Shown one piece after another: positions 47,987 to 56,621 of a stretch of 64,000 bases of DNA. Location: positions 1,792,001 through 1,856,000 of the forward strand of contig OY970303.1 in NCBI GenBank assembly GCA_963716255.1, given 5' to 3'. Made by a program: the position numbers and the translations under genes. The DNA comes from an uncultured Gemmatimonadales bacterium. GTDB lineage: Bacteria > Gemmatimonadota > Gemmatimonadetes > Longimicrobiales > Longimicrobiaceae. Positions within the stretch are counted from its first letter, which is position 1. The number at the start of each line of letters is the position of its first letter. Below the pieces are notes generated by a model. It did not search any database and was not told the origin of the DNA. It saw nothing but the letters and a program-made list of their open reading frames with translations.

Positions 47987-48116
47987 GCCCCCACCCGGCT
48001 CGCTTGAGGCTCGCCACCCTCCCCCAATTCTGGGGGAGGGCTTCCTGACCCTCGGGCTCGTCGTGTCGTGCTCCCCCTCTCCCGCTTGCGGGGGAGGGGG
48101 CCGGGGGGAGGGGGCC
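47987..48116. repeat. REP-like palindromes D2 (47987-48040) and D (48068-48116)
   Basis: CCCTCCCCCAATTCTGGGGGAGGG and CTCCCCCTCTCCCGCTTGCGGGGGAGGGGG hairpins. Confidence 0.7.
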
Positions 48117-48140
48117 CCAGCGGACGCCAGTTCGAAACCC

Positions 48141-48276
48141 GCGTGAGGGATTTCGGCCCGAAGGGGCGAGACCCCGCGGCAGTTTGCGGGGGCTCGACTC
48201 CGTTGGCGAGCGTTGTTTGCTCGCCTACGGAGCCGAAGCCCGACCCCGGCGCAGCCGGGGGCACGCCCGAACCCGC
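48141..48276 (+). repeat. Structured repeat family A, copy 11
   Basis: Inner hairpin GGCGAGC-GTTGTTT-GCTCGCC. Confidence 0.9.
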
Positions 48277-48315
48277 AGTACCAGAATCCGACGAAACCCA
48301 CGACGAGCCGACGCC

Positions 48316-50775
48316 ATGGACATCCTTCTCCAGGACCTGCGCTTCGCGATCCGCACGCTGGCCAAGACCCCGGCCTTCACCCTGGCCGCTGCGCTGACGC
48401 TGGCGCTGGGGATCGGGGCGAACACCACGCTGTTCAGCGTGGTCAACGCGGTGCTGCTGCGGCCTCCGCCGCACGTGGCGCGGCCGGACAGGCTGGTGTC
48501 GCTGTACACCAGCGACTACAGCGGCCCGGCCTTCGGCTCGTCGTCGTACCCGGACTACCTGGACTTCCGCGCGCAGACGGCGGTGTTCGAGGGGGTGGGG
48601 GCGTTCGCGCCGCGGCCGGTGGGGATCGCCGAGGGGGAGCGGCTGGAGCGCGCCGGTGCCGAGGTGGTGTCGGAGAACTACTTCGGCGTGCTGGGGGTGC
48701 GGCCGCTGCTGGGGCGCTTCTTCACGGCGGAGGAGGGGAAGCCGGGCGCGGCGCCGGCGGTGGTGGTGAGCCACGACCTGTGGCGGCGGCTGCTGGGCGG
48801 AGACCCGGCCGTGGTGGGGAGGACGGTGCGCGTCAACTCGCAGCCCATGACGGTGGTGGGGGTGGCACCGGAGGGGTTCGTGGGATCGCTGCGCGGGGCG
48901 GCCTTCGACGTGTGGATCCCGGTGGGCGCCGCGCAGGCGGCGGGCTTCGGCGAGGGCGACCTGCAGGGGCGCGGCAACCGCGGCAGCTTCGTGCTGGCGC
49001 GGCTGCGCCCCGGGGTGACGCGAGAGCAGGCGCAGGCGCGCATGGACGTGGTGGCGCGCGAGCTCCACGCGGCGCACCCGGAGGCCTGGACGGACCTGAA
49101 GCGGCAGGGGCGGCGCGTCACGCTGCTCCCGGAGCGCGAGTCGCGCATCCTGCCGCAGGTGCGGGGGCCGGCGCTGGGCTTCCTGGCGCTGCTGGGGGTG
49201 ACGGCGGGGCTGGTGCTGCTGATCTGCTGCGCCAACGTGGCGGGGCTGATGCTGGCGCGGGCCACCGGGCGCCTGCGGGAGATGGGGATCCGCCTGTCGC
49301 TGGGGGCCAGCCGGGGCCGCGTGGTGCGGCAGGTGCTGACGGAGGGCGCGCTGCTGGCGGCGGCAGGGGCGGGGGTGGGGGTGCTGGCGGCGGTGTGGAC
49401 CACGGACCTGCTGATGAAGGTGCGGATCCCCGCGCCGGTCCGCATCGGGCTGGACTTGAGACCGGACGCGCGGGTGCTGGCGGCCACCGTCGCGGTGACG
49501 GCGGCGGCGGTGCTGCTCTTCGGGCTCGCGCCGGCGCTGCGGGCGAGCCGCCCGGACGTGGTCGGCGCGCTCAAGGGCGAGCCGGAGGCGGGGGAGCGGG
49601 GGCGGCGCGTGACGCTGCGCGGCGCGCTGGTGGTGGCCCAGGTGGCGATGTCGCTCCTGCTGATGGTGGGGGCGGCGCTCTTCGTCCGCACCCTGCAGGG
49701 CGCCGCCCGCATCGACACGGGCTTCCGCGCGGAGAACCTGCTCCTGGTGTCGCTGGCCGGGCCTCCGGGGCACGGGGAGCCGGCCGAGGGGGCGCGGATC
49801 GCGCGCGAGCTGCAGGTGCGCGCGGCGTCGATGCCGGAGGTGGTGGAGCTGAGCTGGGCGACGGCGGCGCCGCTGGGGATGAACGGGAGCCGCCGGGGGA
49901 TGAGCGTGCAGGGCTACCAGCCGGCGGAGGGGGAGGACATGGAGTTCCCCTTCAACGTGGTGGGTCCCCGCTACTTCGAGACCATGGGGATCGCGCTGGT
50001 GCGGGGCCGCGGGCTGACGGAGGAGGACCGCCCGGGGGCGCCGGGCGCGGTGGTGGTGAACGAGACGTTCGCGCGGCGCTTCTGGCCGGGGAGGGACCCG
50101 CTGGGAATGCGGATCAGCGTGTCGGGGCCGCAGGGACCGTTCCTGACGGTGGTGGGGGTGGCGCGCGACGGCAAGTACGACTCGCTCGCCGAGGAGCCGC
50201 GCCCGTATGCCTACTTCCCCGCGCTGCAGGACCCGTGGGGCACCATCCTGCACGTGCGCACCGCCGGCGACCCGCTCCGCGTCCTCCCCTCGCTGCGGCG
50301 CGAGGTGGCGGCCGCGGCCCCCGGCTGGACGCTGGAGGAGCCGCGGACCCTGGAGGAGCAGGTGGCCACCTCGCTCCTCCCGCAGCGCGCGGCCGGCCGG
50401 GTGCTGGCCCTGTTCGGCACCCTGGCGCTGATGCTCGCCGCGGTGGGGGTGTACGGGGTGCTCGCCGGCGCGGTGGCGCAGCGCCGCCACGAGATCGGCG
50501 TGCGCATGGCGCTGGGGGCCCGCGCCGGGGACGTGCTCCGCATGGTGCTGGCGCGGGGGATGAAGCTGGCGGGGCTGGGCGTGGCCATCGGCCTGCCGGC
50601 CGGGTGGGCGCTGGCCCGCCTGCTGGGCGCGTTCCTCCTGGGCACGAGCCCCGCGGACCCCGCCGCCTTCCTGGGCGCCTCGCTGCTGCTGGCCGCCGTG
50701 GCGCTGCTCGCGTCGTACTTTCCCGCGCGCGCCGCCACGCGGGTGGACCCCGCGATCACGCTGCGGGCGGAGTAG
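48316..50775 (+). CDS. ABC permease, ADOP-type no. 3
   Basis: MDILLQDLRF, SSYPDYLD, LICCANVAGLMLAR, EIGVRMALGA. Confidence 0.93.
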   Translation: MDILLQDLRFAIRTLAKTPAFTLAAALTLALGIGANTTLFSVVNAVLLRPPPHVARPDRLVSLYTSDYSGPAFGSSSYPDYLDFRAQTAVFEGVGAFAPRPVGIAEGERLERAGAEVVSENYFGVLGVRPLLGRFFTAEEGKPGAAPAVVVSHDLWRRLLGGDPAVVGRTVRVNSQPMTVVGVAPEGFVGSLRGAAFDVWIPVGAAQAAGFGEGDLQGRGNRGSFVLARLRPGVTREQAQARMDVVARELHAAHPEAWTDLKRQGRRVTLLPERESRILPQVRGPALGFLALLGVTAGLVLLICCANVAGLMLARATGRLREMGIRLSLGASRGRVVRQVLTEGALLAAAGAGVGVLAAVWTTDLLMKVRIPAPVRIGLDLRPDARVLAATVAVTAAAVLLFGLAPALRASRPDVVGALKGEPEAGERGRRVTLRGALVVAQVAMSLLLMVGAALFVRTLQGAARIDTGFRAENLLLVSLAGPPGHGEPAEGARIARELQVRAASMPEVVELSWATAAPLGMNGSRRGMSVQGYQPAEGEDMEFPFNVVGPRYFETMGIALVRGRGLTEEDRPGAPGAVVVNETFARRFWPGRDPLGMRISVSGPQGPFLTVVGVARDGKYDSLAEEPRPYAYFPALQDPWGTILHVRTAGDPLRVLPSLRREVAAAAPGWTLEEPRTLEEQVATSLLPQRAAGRVLALFGTLALMLAAVGVYGVLAGAVAQRRHEIGVRMALGARAGDVLRMVLARGMKLAGLGVAIGLPAGWALARLLGAFLLGTSPADPAAFLGASLLLAAVALLASYFPARAATRVDPAITLRAE

Positions 50776-50818
50776 GGCCGTCGAAGGATTCTCATTCGTT
50801 CACCGCTCGCCGGACATC

Positions 50819-53239
50819 ATGGACACGCTTCTCCTCGACGTGCGCTACGCGCTCCGCAGCCTGGGCAGGTCGCGGGGGTTCGCGGCGGCGGCGATCGTCT
50901 GCCTGGCGCTGGGGATCGGCGTGAACACGGCGGTCTTCAGCATCGTGGACACGCTGCTGTTCAGGCCGCTCCCCTTCGCGGAGGGGGAGAGGGTGGTGCG
51001 GCTGTACGCGCAGGCCCCGCGGGAGGAGGGCGAGGAGACCGCGTTCAGCGCGGGGGAGCTGGCGGAGATCCGCGCGCGCGGCCGGACGCTGGCCGGGGTG
51101 GCGGGCGTGGGGATGCGGGGCTTCAACCTGGCGGGGGAGGGCGAACCGGTGCGGCTCCAGGGGTCGCCGGTGACCCACGACCTGTTCCCGCTGCTTGGGG
51201 TGCGGCCGGCGCTGGGGCGCGGCTTCCTCCCGGAGGAGGACCGGCCGGGGGGTGAGCCGGTGGCCATCCTGAGCCACGAGGTGTGGCGGGGGCAGTTCGG
51301 CGGCCGCGCGGACGTGGTGGGGCGGACGGCGATCCTCAACGGGATCCCCACCACCATCGTGGGGGTGATGCCGCGCGGCTTCCGCTTCCCGGAGACGACG
51401 GAGCTGTGGGTGCCCGCACGGCCGGACGCGGCGGACCCGTACGACCGGCGCTGGATGCTGCTGGTGGCCCGGCTGCGGCCGGGCGCCACGGTGGGCCAGG
51501 CGGGCGCCGACCTGGCCCGCGTGGCGCGCGAGGTGGCGGCGGAGCGCCCGGACACCCACGCGGGGCGGCGCTTCGGCGCGCGCGCCTACGGCGCCGCGTA
51601 CCTGCGCGGCGAGCGGGGGACGCTGCTGGGGCTGATGGGGGGGGCGGTGGGGCTCGTGCTGCTCATCGCCTGCGCCAACGTGGCGAACATGCTGCTGGCG
51701 CGCGGCACCACGCGGCGGCGGGAGATCGCGGTGCGGGCGGCGCTGGGGGCGGGGCGGGGGCGCATCGTGCGGCAGCTGCTCACCGAGAGCGTGCTGATCG
51801 CGCTGGGCGGCGGGGCGGCGGGGGTGCTGGTGGGGGCGTGGTGGCTGGGGTGGCTGGTGTCGCGCTTCGGCGTGGAGCTGCCGTACTGGATGACCTTCGG
51901 GCTGGACGGCCGCGTCCTGGCGTACACCGCGGGGCTGTCGCTGGGCACGGGACTCCTCTTCGGCATCCTCCCGGCGCTGCGCGCCTCGCGGACGGACCTC
52001 GTGGGCTCGCTGGCGGACGGCGCCCCGGGTGCCGCCGGGGGGCTGCGACGCAACCGCCTGCGCGGCGCCCTAGTGGCCGGCGAGATCGCGCTGGCGCTGG
52101 TGCTGCTGGCCGGCTCGGCGCTCGCCATCCGCTCGTTCCTGGCCGCGGCGGGCACCGACCCGGGGGTGGACGCCGCACGCATCCTCACCGCCCGGACCTC
52201 GCTCACGGGCGAGCGCTACGACGCGGTGGCGGCGCGCGCGGCCTTCTTCCGGGAGCTGGAGGGCCGGCTGCGCGCGCTCCCGGGGGTGCGGGGCGCGGCG
52301 CTCACCACCGCGCTCCCCGCCGGCGACGTGGGCGAGGCGACGACGGTGGCCGCCGAGGGCGCCGCCGCGGACCCGGACGCGGGGACCGGCGCGCGCTGGA
52401 TCGCGGTGACACCCGGCTACTGGGAGGCCGTGGACCGGCCGCTCCTGGCCGGCCGCGACTTCACCGCGCGGGAGGCGGCGGACAGCGCCGCGGCGGTGGC
52501 CATCGTCAGCCGCGAGCTGGCGGAGCGGCTCTGGCCGGGGCGGGACCCGCTGGGGCGGCGGATCCGCGTGGCGGTAGAGGGCGACGCCCCCTGGCTGGAG
52601 GTGGTGGGCGTGGCGCCCACGCTGGGCTACGCCCGGCCGGGCGACGCCGGGGCGCGGGAGCGGAGGCAGGTGCACCTGCCGTACGCCCGCGCCGGCTGGC
52701 GGCTGATGACGCTGGCCGTGCGCTCCGCCGGCGACCCCGCCGCGCTGGCCGCTCCCGTGCGCCGCGAGGTGCGCGCCCTGGACCCGTCGCTCCCGCTGTT
52801 CACCGTCCACACCCTGGGCGAGTACCGCGCCTCCACGCTGTGGCTGGAGCGCGCCGCCGGCCAGGCCTTCGCGAGCCTGGCCGTGCTCGCGCTGCTCCTC
52901 GCCACGCTGGGCGTGTACGGCGTCATGGCGTACGCCGTGGGCCAGCGCACCCGCGAGATCGGCATCCGCATGGCGCTGGGCGCCCGCGCGCCGGACGTGG
53001 TGGGGATGGTGGTGCGGGAGGGCGCGCTCCTGACCGCCGCGGGAATCGCCGTGGGTCTCCCGTGCGCCCTGGCGGTGTCGCGCCTGATGCGGAGCACGCT
53101 GCGCGGCGTGGGCCCCGGCGACCCGGTGGCGTTCCTGGCCGTGCCGCTGCTGCTGGCCGCCGTCGCCGTGCTGGCGAGCTGGATCCCCGCCCGCCGCGCC
53201 GCCCGCGTCGATCCCATGAGTGCGCTGCGAACGGACTGA
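50819..53239 (+). CDS. ABC permease, ADOP-type no. 4
   Basis: MDTLLLDVRY, LIACANVANMLLAR, EIGIRMALGA, DPMSALRTD. Confidence 0.93.
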   Translation: MDTLLLDVRYALRSLGRSRGFAAAAIVCLALGIGVNTAVFSIVDTLLFRPLPFAEGERVVRLYAQAPREEGEETAFSAGELAEIRARGRTLAGVAGVGMRGFNLAGEGEPVRLQGSPVTHDLFPLLGVRPALGRGFLPEEDRPGGEPVAILSHEVWRGQFGGRADVVGRTAILNGIPTTIVGVMPRGFRFPETTELWVPARPDAADPYDRRWMLLVARLRPGATVGQAGADLARVAREVAAERPDTHAGRRFGARAYGAAYLRGERGTLLGLMGGAVGLVLLIACANVANMLLARGTTRRREIAVRAALGAGRGRIVRQLLTESVLIALGGGAAGVLVGAWWLGWLVSRFGVELPYWMTFGLDGRVLAYTAGLSLGTGLLFGILPALRASRTDLVGSLADGAPGAAGGLRRNRLRGALVAGEIALALVLLAGSALAIRSFLAAAGTDPGVDAARILTARTSLTGERYDAVAARAAFFRELEGRLRALPGVRGAALTTALPAGDVGEATTVAAEGAAADPDAGTGARWIAVTPGYWEAVDRPLLAGRDFTAREAADSAAAVAIVSRELAERLWPGRDPLGRRIRVAVEGDAPWLEVVGVAPTLGYARPGDAGARERRQVHLPYARAGWRLMTLAVRSAGDPAALAAPVRREVRALDPSLPLFTVHTLGEYRASTLWLERAAGQAFASLAVLALLLATLGVYGVMAYAVGQRTREIGIRMALGARAPDVVGMVVREGALLTAAGIAVGLPCALAVSRLMRSTLRGVGPGDPVAFLAVPLLLAAVAVLASWIPARRAARVDPMSALRTD

Positions 53240-53243
53240 TACG

Positions 53244-53380
53244 GCGGTTTCGGGCGTGCCCCCGGCTGGCGCCGGGGTCGGGCTTCGGCTCCGTAAGCCC
53301 GCAAACAACGCGGGCTAACGGAGTCGAGCCCGCGCAAACAGCCGCGCGGTCTCGCCCCTTCGGGCCGTAATCCCTCACGC
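53244..53380 (-). repeat. Structured repeat family A, copy 12
   Basis: Reverse copy starting about 5 bp after the stop at 53239. Confidence 0.9.
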
Positions 53381-53495
53381 GATTTCGTGCCTGGCCTCGA
53401 CGTTCCGCGGGCGCGTGACCCACACGCGTTCCGTGGGAACCAGCAGTGCGCCAGCGGTACGGCAGTGCGAAGCACGGCGAGCGACGGGGCGGCGG

Positions 53496-53610
53496 GTGTC
53501 CGCTTGCGGGACGACAAATCCCACGGGCGCACGGCCCGGCGGACGCGCAAAATCCCAGGTCGTTGCGGCGCAACGGCCTGGGATTTTGCGCACGGGGCAC
53601 GCGCCTCGCT
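53496..53610 (+). promoter_or_regulatory. Family C cassette, copy 4
   Basis: GTGTCCGCTTGCGGGACG..TCCCACGGGCGCACG; palindrome 53545-53591; GGGCACGCGCCTCGCT at 53595-53610. Confidence 0.6.
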
Positions 53611-53645
53611 TTCGGAAGCACCGCGCGGACGCCAGCGCGGTGCCT

Positions 53646-53780
53646 GCGTGAGGGATGCGAGCGCGAAGCGGCGAGACCCGCCGGCAGTTTGGCGGGGCTC
53701 GCCTCCGTTGCAAACGGTAGTATCGTTTGCTACGGAGCCGCAGCCCGACCCCGCGCCAGCGGGGGCACGCCCGAACCCGC
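53646..53780 (+). repeat. Structured repeat family A, copy 13 (A2)
   Basis: Inner hairpin GCAAACG-GTAGTAT-CGTTTGC. Confidence 0.9.
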
Positions 53781-53816
53781 AGCTCGAAGCCGTTCGAAAC
53801 CAGGAGGCGCCACCCG

Positions 53817-56240
53817 ATGGAAACGCTGCTCCAGGACCTGCGCTTCGCCTTCCGCTCGCTGCTGCGGAGCCCCGGCTTCACGGCGGCCGTGATCCTGACC
53901 CTGGCACTGGGGATCGGGGCGACCACGGCGATCTTCGGCATCCTGGACGCGGTGCTCTTCCGTCCCCTGCCCTACGCCGACGCCGGCCGGCTGGCCATGG
54001 TGTGGGAGCACGACCGGTTCAGCGGCACGGAGCGGGAGCCCGCCTCGGTCCCGGACTACTACGACTTCCGCGCGCGGAGCCGGGCCTTCGCGGAGCTGGC
54101 GGCGTTCCAGGAGCGGCAGGCGAGCATGGCCGGGAGCGACGGCGAGGCCCGGCAGCTGAGCCTGGGCGCGGCCGGCCACCAGCTCTTCCCGCTGCTGGGC
54201 GTGCGGCCGCTGCTGGGCCGCGTCTTCGGGGAGGCGGAGGACCGGGAGGGCGCGGCGCCGGTGATGGTGCTCGGCGAGGGGCTGTGGCGGGATCGCTTCG
54301 GGGGGTCGCCGGAGGTGCTGGGCAGCACGGTGCGCCTGGACGGGGTCCCGCACACTGTGGTGGGCGTGGTCCCCGCCACGCTGGACCTCCCCCGCGAGGA
54401 CACCAACGCGTGGGTGCCGCTGGCGCTGGGGCCGGCGAGCTCGCCGCGCAGCCTGCACAACGTGACGGTGGTGGGACGGATGCGGCCCGGCGTCACCCCG
54501 CGGGCCGCGCAGCGCGAGATGACGGCGCTCGCCGCCCGGCTGGAGGCGGAGAACCCGGGCGAGAACCACGGGCGCGGCGTCACCGTGGAGCCGCTGCACG
54601 AGGCGCTGTTCGGCACCGTGCGCACGCCGCTGCTTCTCCTGCTGGGCGCGTCCGCCCTGGTGCTCCTGGTGGCCTGCGTCAACGTGGCGAACCTGCTCCT
54701 GGTGCGGGGCGCGGGGCGGACGCGCGAGGTGGCGATCCGCGCCGCGCTGGGCGCCACGCGGCGGCGGCTGGCGCGGCAGCTCCTGGTGGAGTCGCTGCTG
54801 CTGTCGCTGCTGGGCGGGGCGGCGGGGGTGGCGATCGCCGCGTGGGGCACGGAGCTGCTGGTGGGGCTCGCCCCGGCGGGGGTCCCCCGCCTGCACGAGG
54901 TGGGGATGGACGGCAGGGCGCTGGCGGTCGGGCTGCTCGTCGCCCTGGCCACCGGCTGCCTGTTCGGACTGGTGCCGGTGCTCCAGGCGCGCCGGGTGGA
55001 CCCGCAGGCGGGGCTCCGCGCGGACGGGGGCCGCGGCGCCTCCGCCGCGCTCGGGGCGGCGCGGGCGCGGCGCGGGCTGGTGGCGGTGGAGGTGGCGCTC
55101 TCGGTGGTGCTGGTGGTGGGGGCGGGACTGCTGGTGCACAGCCTGTGGCGGCTGCAGCGGGTGGACCCCGGCTTCCGGACGGAAAACGTCCTGCGGGCGA
55201 GCTTCGTCCTCCCGGCCTCCCGCTACCCGCAGAGCTACGACGTGTACCCGCGCTGGGATGCGGTGACCGCCTTCCAGCGAGAGCTTCTGGAACGGGCCCG
55301 CGGGCTGCCGGGGGTGCGCTCCGCGGCGCTGGCCAGCCATCACCCGCTGGCGCCGGGCTTCACCAACAGCTTCGTGATCGAGGGGCGCGAGGACGAGGCC
55401 GCGGACCAGGCGGAGATCCCCCTTCGCGCGGTGAGCCCGGAGTACTTCGCCACCGTGGGCGTGCCGCTGCTGCGCGGGCGGCTCCTCGCCCCCCGCGACG
55501 ACGCCGACGCCCCCGCGGTGCTCCTGGTCAACGAGGCGGCGGCGCGCCGCTTCTTCCCCGGCGCGGACCCGGTGGGAAAGCGCATCGCCTTCTGGGGGAC
55601 GTCGCGCGAGATCGTGGGCGTGGTGGGGAACGAGCGCTTCCACGGGGTGGCGGCGGATGCCCCGCCGGCCGCGTACCCGCCGCTCGCGCAGACGCCCATG
55701 GCCGCCGCGACGCTGCTGCTGCGCGCGGCGGGAGATCCCGCGGCGCTCGTCCCGGCGCTGCGTGGGGCGGTGCGCGGCCTGGACGCCGAGGTGGCGCTGT
55801 ACGAGATGGAGACGCTGGACCGGACGCTGTCGCGCTCCATCTCGCAGCCGCGCTTCACCACCGCGCTGCTGGGGACCTTTGCCGCGCTGGCCCTGCTGCT
55901 GGCGGTGATCGGGGTGTACGGCGTGCTCAGCTACGCGGTGGCCCAGCGGACCCGGGAGATCGGGATCCGCGTGGCGCTGGGCGCCCGCCGCGGCGAGATC
56001 GTGCGCCTGGTGGTCGGGCAGGGGATGGCGCCCGTGCTCGCCGGACTCGCGCTGGGCCTTGCGGCCGCCTTCGCCGGCTCCCGCCTGCTGTCGGGGATCC
56101 TCTTCGAGGTGGCCCCCACCGATCCGCTCGCCTTCACGGTCGTGGTCCCGGTGCTCGGCGCCGCATCGCTGCTCGCCGCCTGGCTCCCCGCGCGCCGCGC
56201 CGCGAGCGTGGACCCCATGACCGCGCTGCGGACGGACTGA
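53817..56240 (+). CDS. ABC permease, ADOP-type no. 5
   Basis: AGGAGG RBS; METLLQDLRF, LVACVNVANLLL, EIGIRVALGA. Confidence 0.93.
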   Translation: METLLQDLRFAFRSLLRSPGFTAAVILTLALGIGATTAIFGILDAVLFRPLPYADAGRLAMVWEHDRFSGTEREPASVPDYYDFRARSRAFAELAAFQERQASMAGSDGEARQLSLGAAGHQLFPLLGVRPLLGRVFGEAEDREGAAPVMVLGEGLWRDRFGGSPEVLGSTVRLDGVPHTVVGVVPATLDLPREDTNAWVPLALGPASSPRSLHNVTVVGRMRPGVTPRAAQREMTALAARLEAENPGENHGRGVTVEPLHEALFGTVRTPLLLLLGASALVLLVACVNVANLLLVRGAGRTREVAIRAALGATRRRLARQLLVESLLLSLLGGAAGVAIAAWGTELLVGLAPAGVPRLHEVGMDGRALAVGLLVALATGCLFGLVPVLQARRVDPQAGLRADGGRGASAALGAARARRGLVAVEVALSVVLVVGAGLLVHSLWRLQRVDPGFRTENVLRASFVLPASRYPQSYDVYPRWDAVTAFQRELLERARGLPGVRSAALASHHPLAPGFTNSFVIEGREDEAADQAEIPLRAVSPEYFATVGVPLLRGRLLAPRDDADAPAVLLVNEAAARRFFPGADPVGKRIAFWGTSREIVGVVGNERFHGVAADAPPAAYPPLAQTPMAAATLLLRAAGDPAALVPALRGAVRGLDAEVALYEMETLDRTLSRSISQPRFTTALLGTFAALALLLAVIGVYGVLSYAVAQRTREIGIRVALGARRGEIVRLVVGQGMAPVLAGLALGLAAAFAGSRLLSGILFEVAPTDPLAFTVVVPVLGAASLLAAWLPARRAASVDPMTALRTD

Positions 56241-56283
56241 GGGACAGAAGGGAACAGGGAACAGCCTGCAACGGCGACGGCGA

Positions 56284-56427
56284 CCCCCTCCCCCGGCCCC
56301 TCCCCGCAAGGGGGAGGGGAGCACGACACGGCAACGGCGAGGATCGCAGCGCGGAGATTCCCCTCCCCCGGAACGGGGGATATAAGGGGCGAGCCGTGCG
56401 AGCCTAAAGCGAGCCGGGTGGGGGCCC
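56284..56427. repeat. REP-like palindromes D (56284-56325) and D2-related (56358-56427)
   Basis: CCCCTCCCCGCAAGGGGAGGGGGAGCACG; GCGAGCCTAAAGCGAGCCGGGTG is also present at 7005-7027. Confidence 0.65.
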
Positions 56428-56449
56428 AGCGGACGCCAGCGCGATGCCC

Positions 56450-56585
56450 GCGTGAGGGATGCGAGCGCGAAGCGGCGAGACCCGCCGGCAGTTTGGCGGG
56501 GCTCGCCTCCGTTACGCAGCGTTGTTTGCTGCGTTACGGAGCCGCAGCCCGACCCCGGCGCAGCCGGGGGCACGCCCGAACCCGC
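56450..56585 (+). repeat. Structured repeat family A, copy 14 (A2)
   Basis: Inner hairpin ACGCAGC-GTTGTTT-GCTGCGT. Confidence 0.9.
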
Positions 56586-56621
56586 GGCTCAATGCCGTTT
56601 GAAACCAGGAGGCACCCACCC

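Noticed and set aside
45547..50490. 1647-aa minus-strand ORF and other long antisense or alternate-frame ORFs (e.g. 42203-45550, 1205-3931, 32901-35714, 14914-17466)
   Set aside because: Shadow frames of well-supported genes in very GC-rich DNA; Arg/Pro/Gly-rich with no recognisable motifs.
42449..56621. Recurring peptides such as RVRDFGPKGRDP and TEPKPDPGA, and N-terminal extensions of permease ORFs
   Set aside because: These are translations of repeat family A in different frames and strands. The conserved MxTLLQDLR starts lie downstream, and variation follows base pairing rather than codons.
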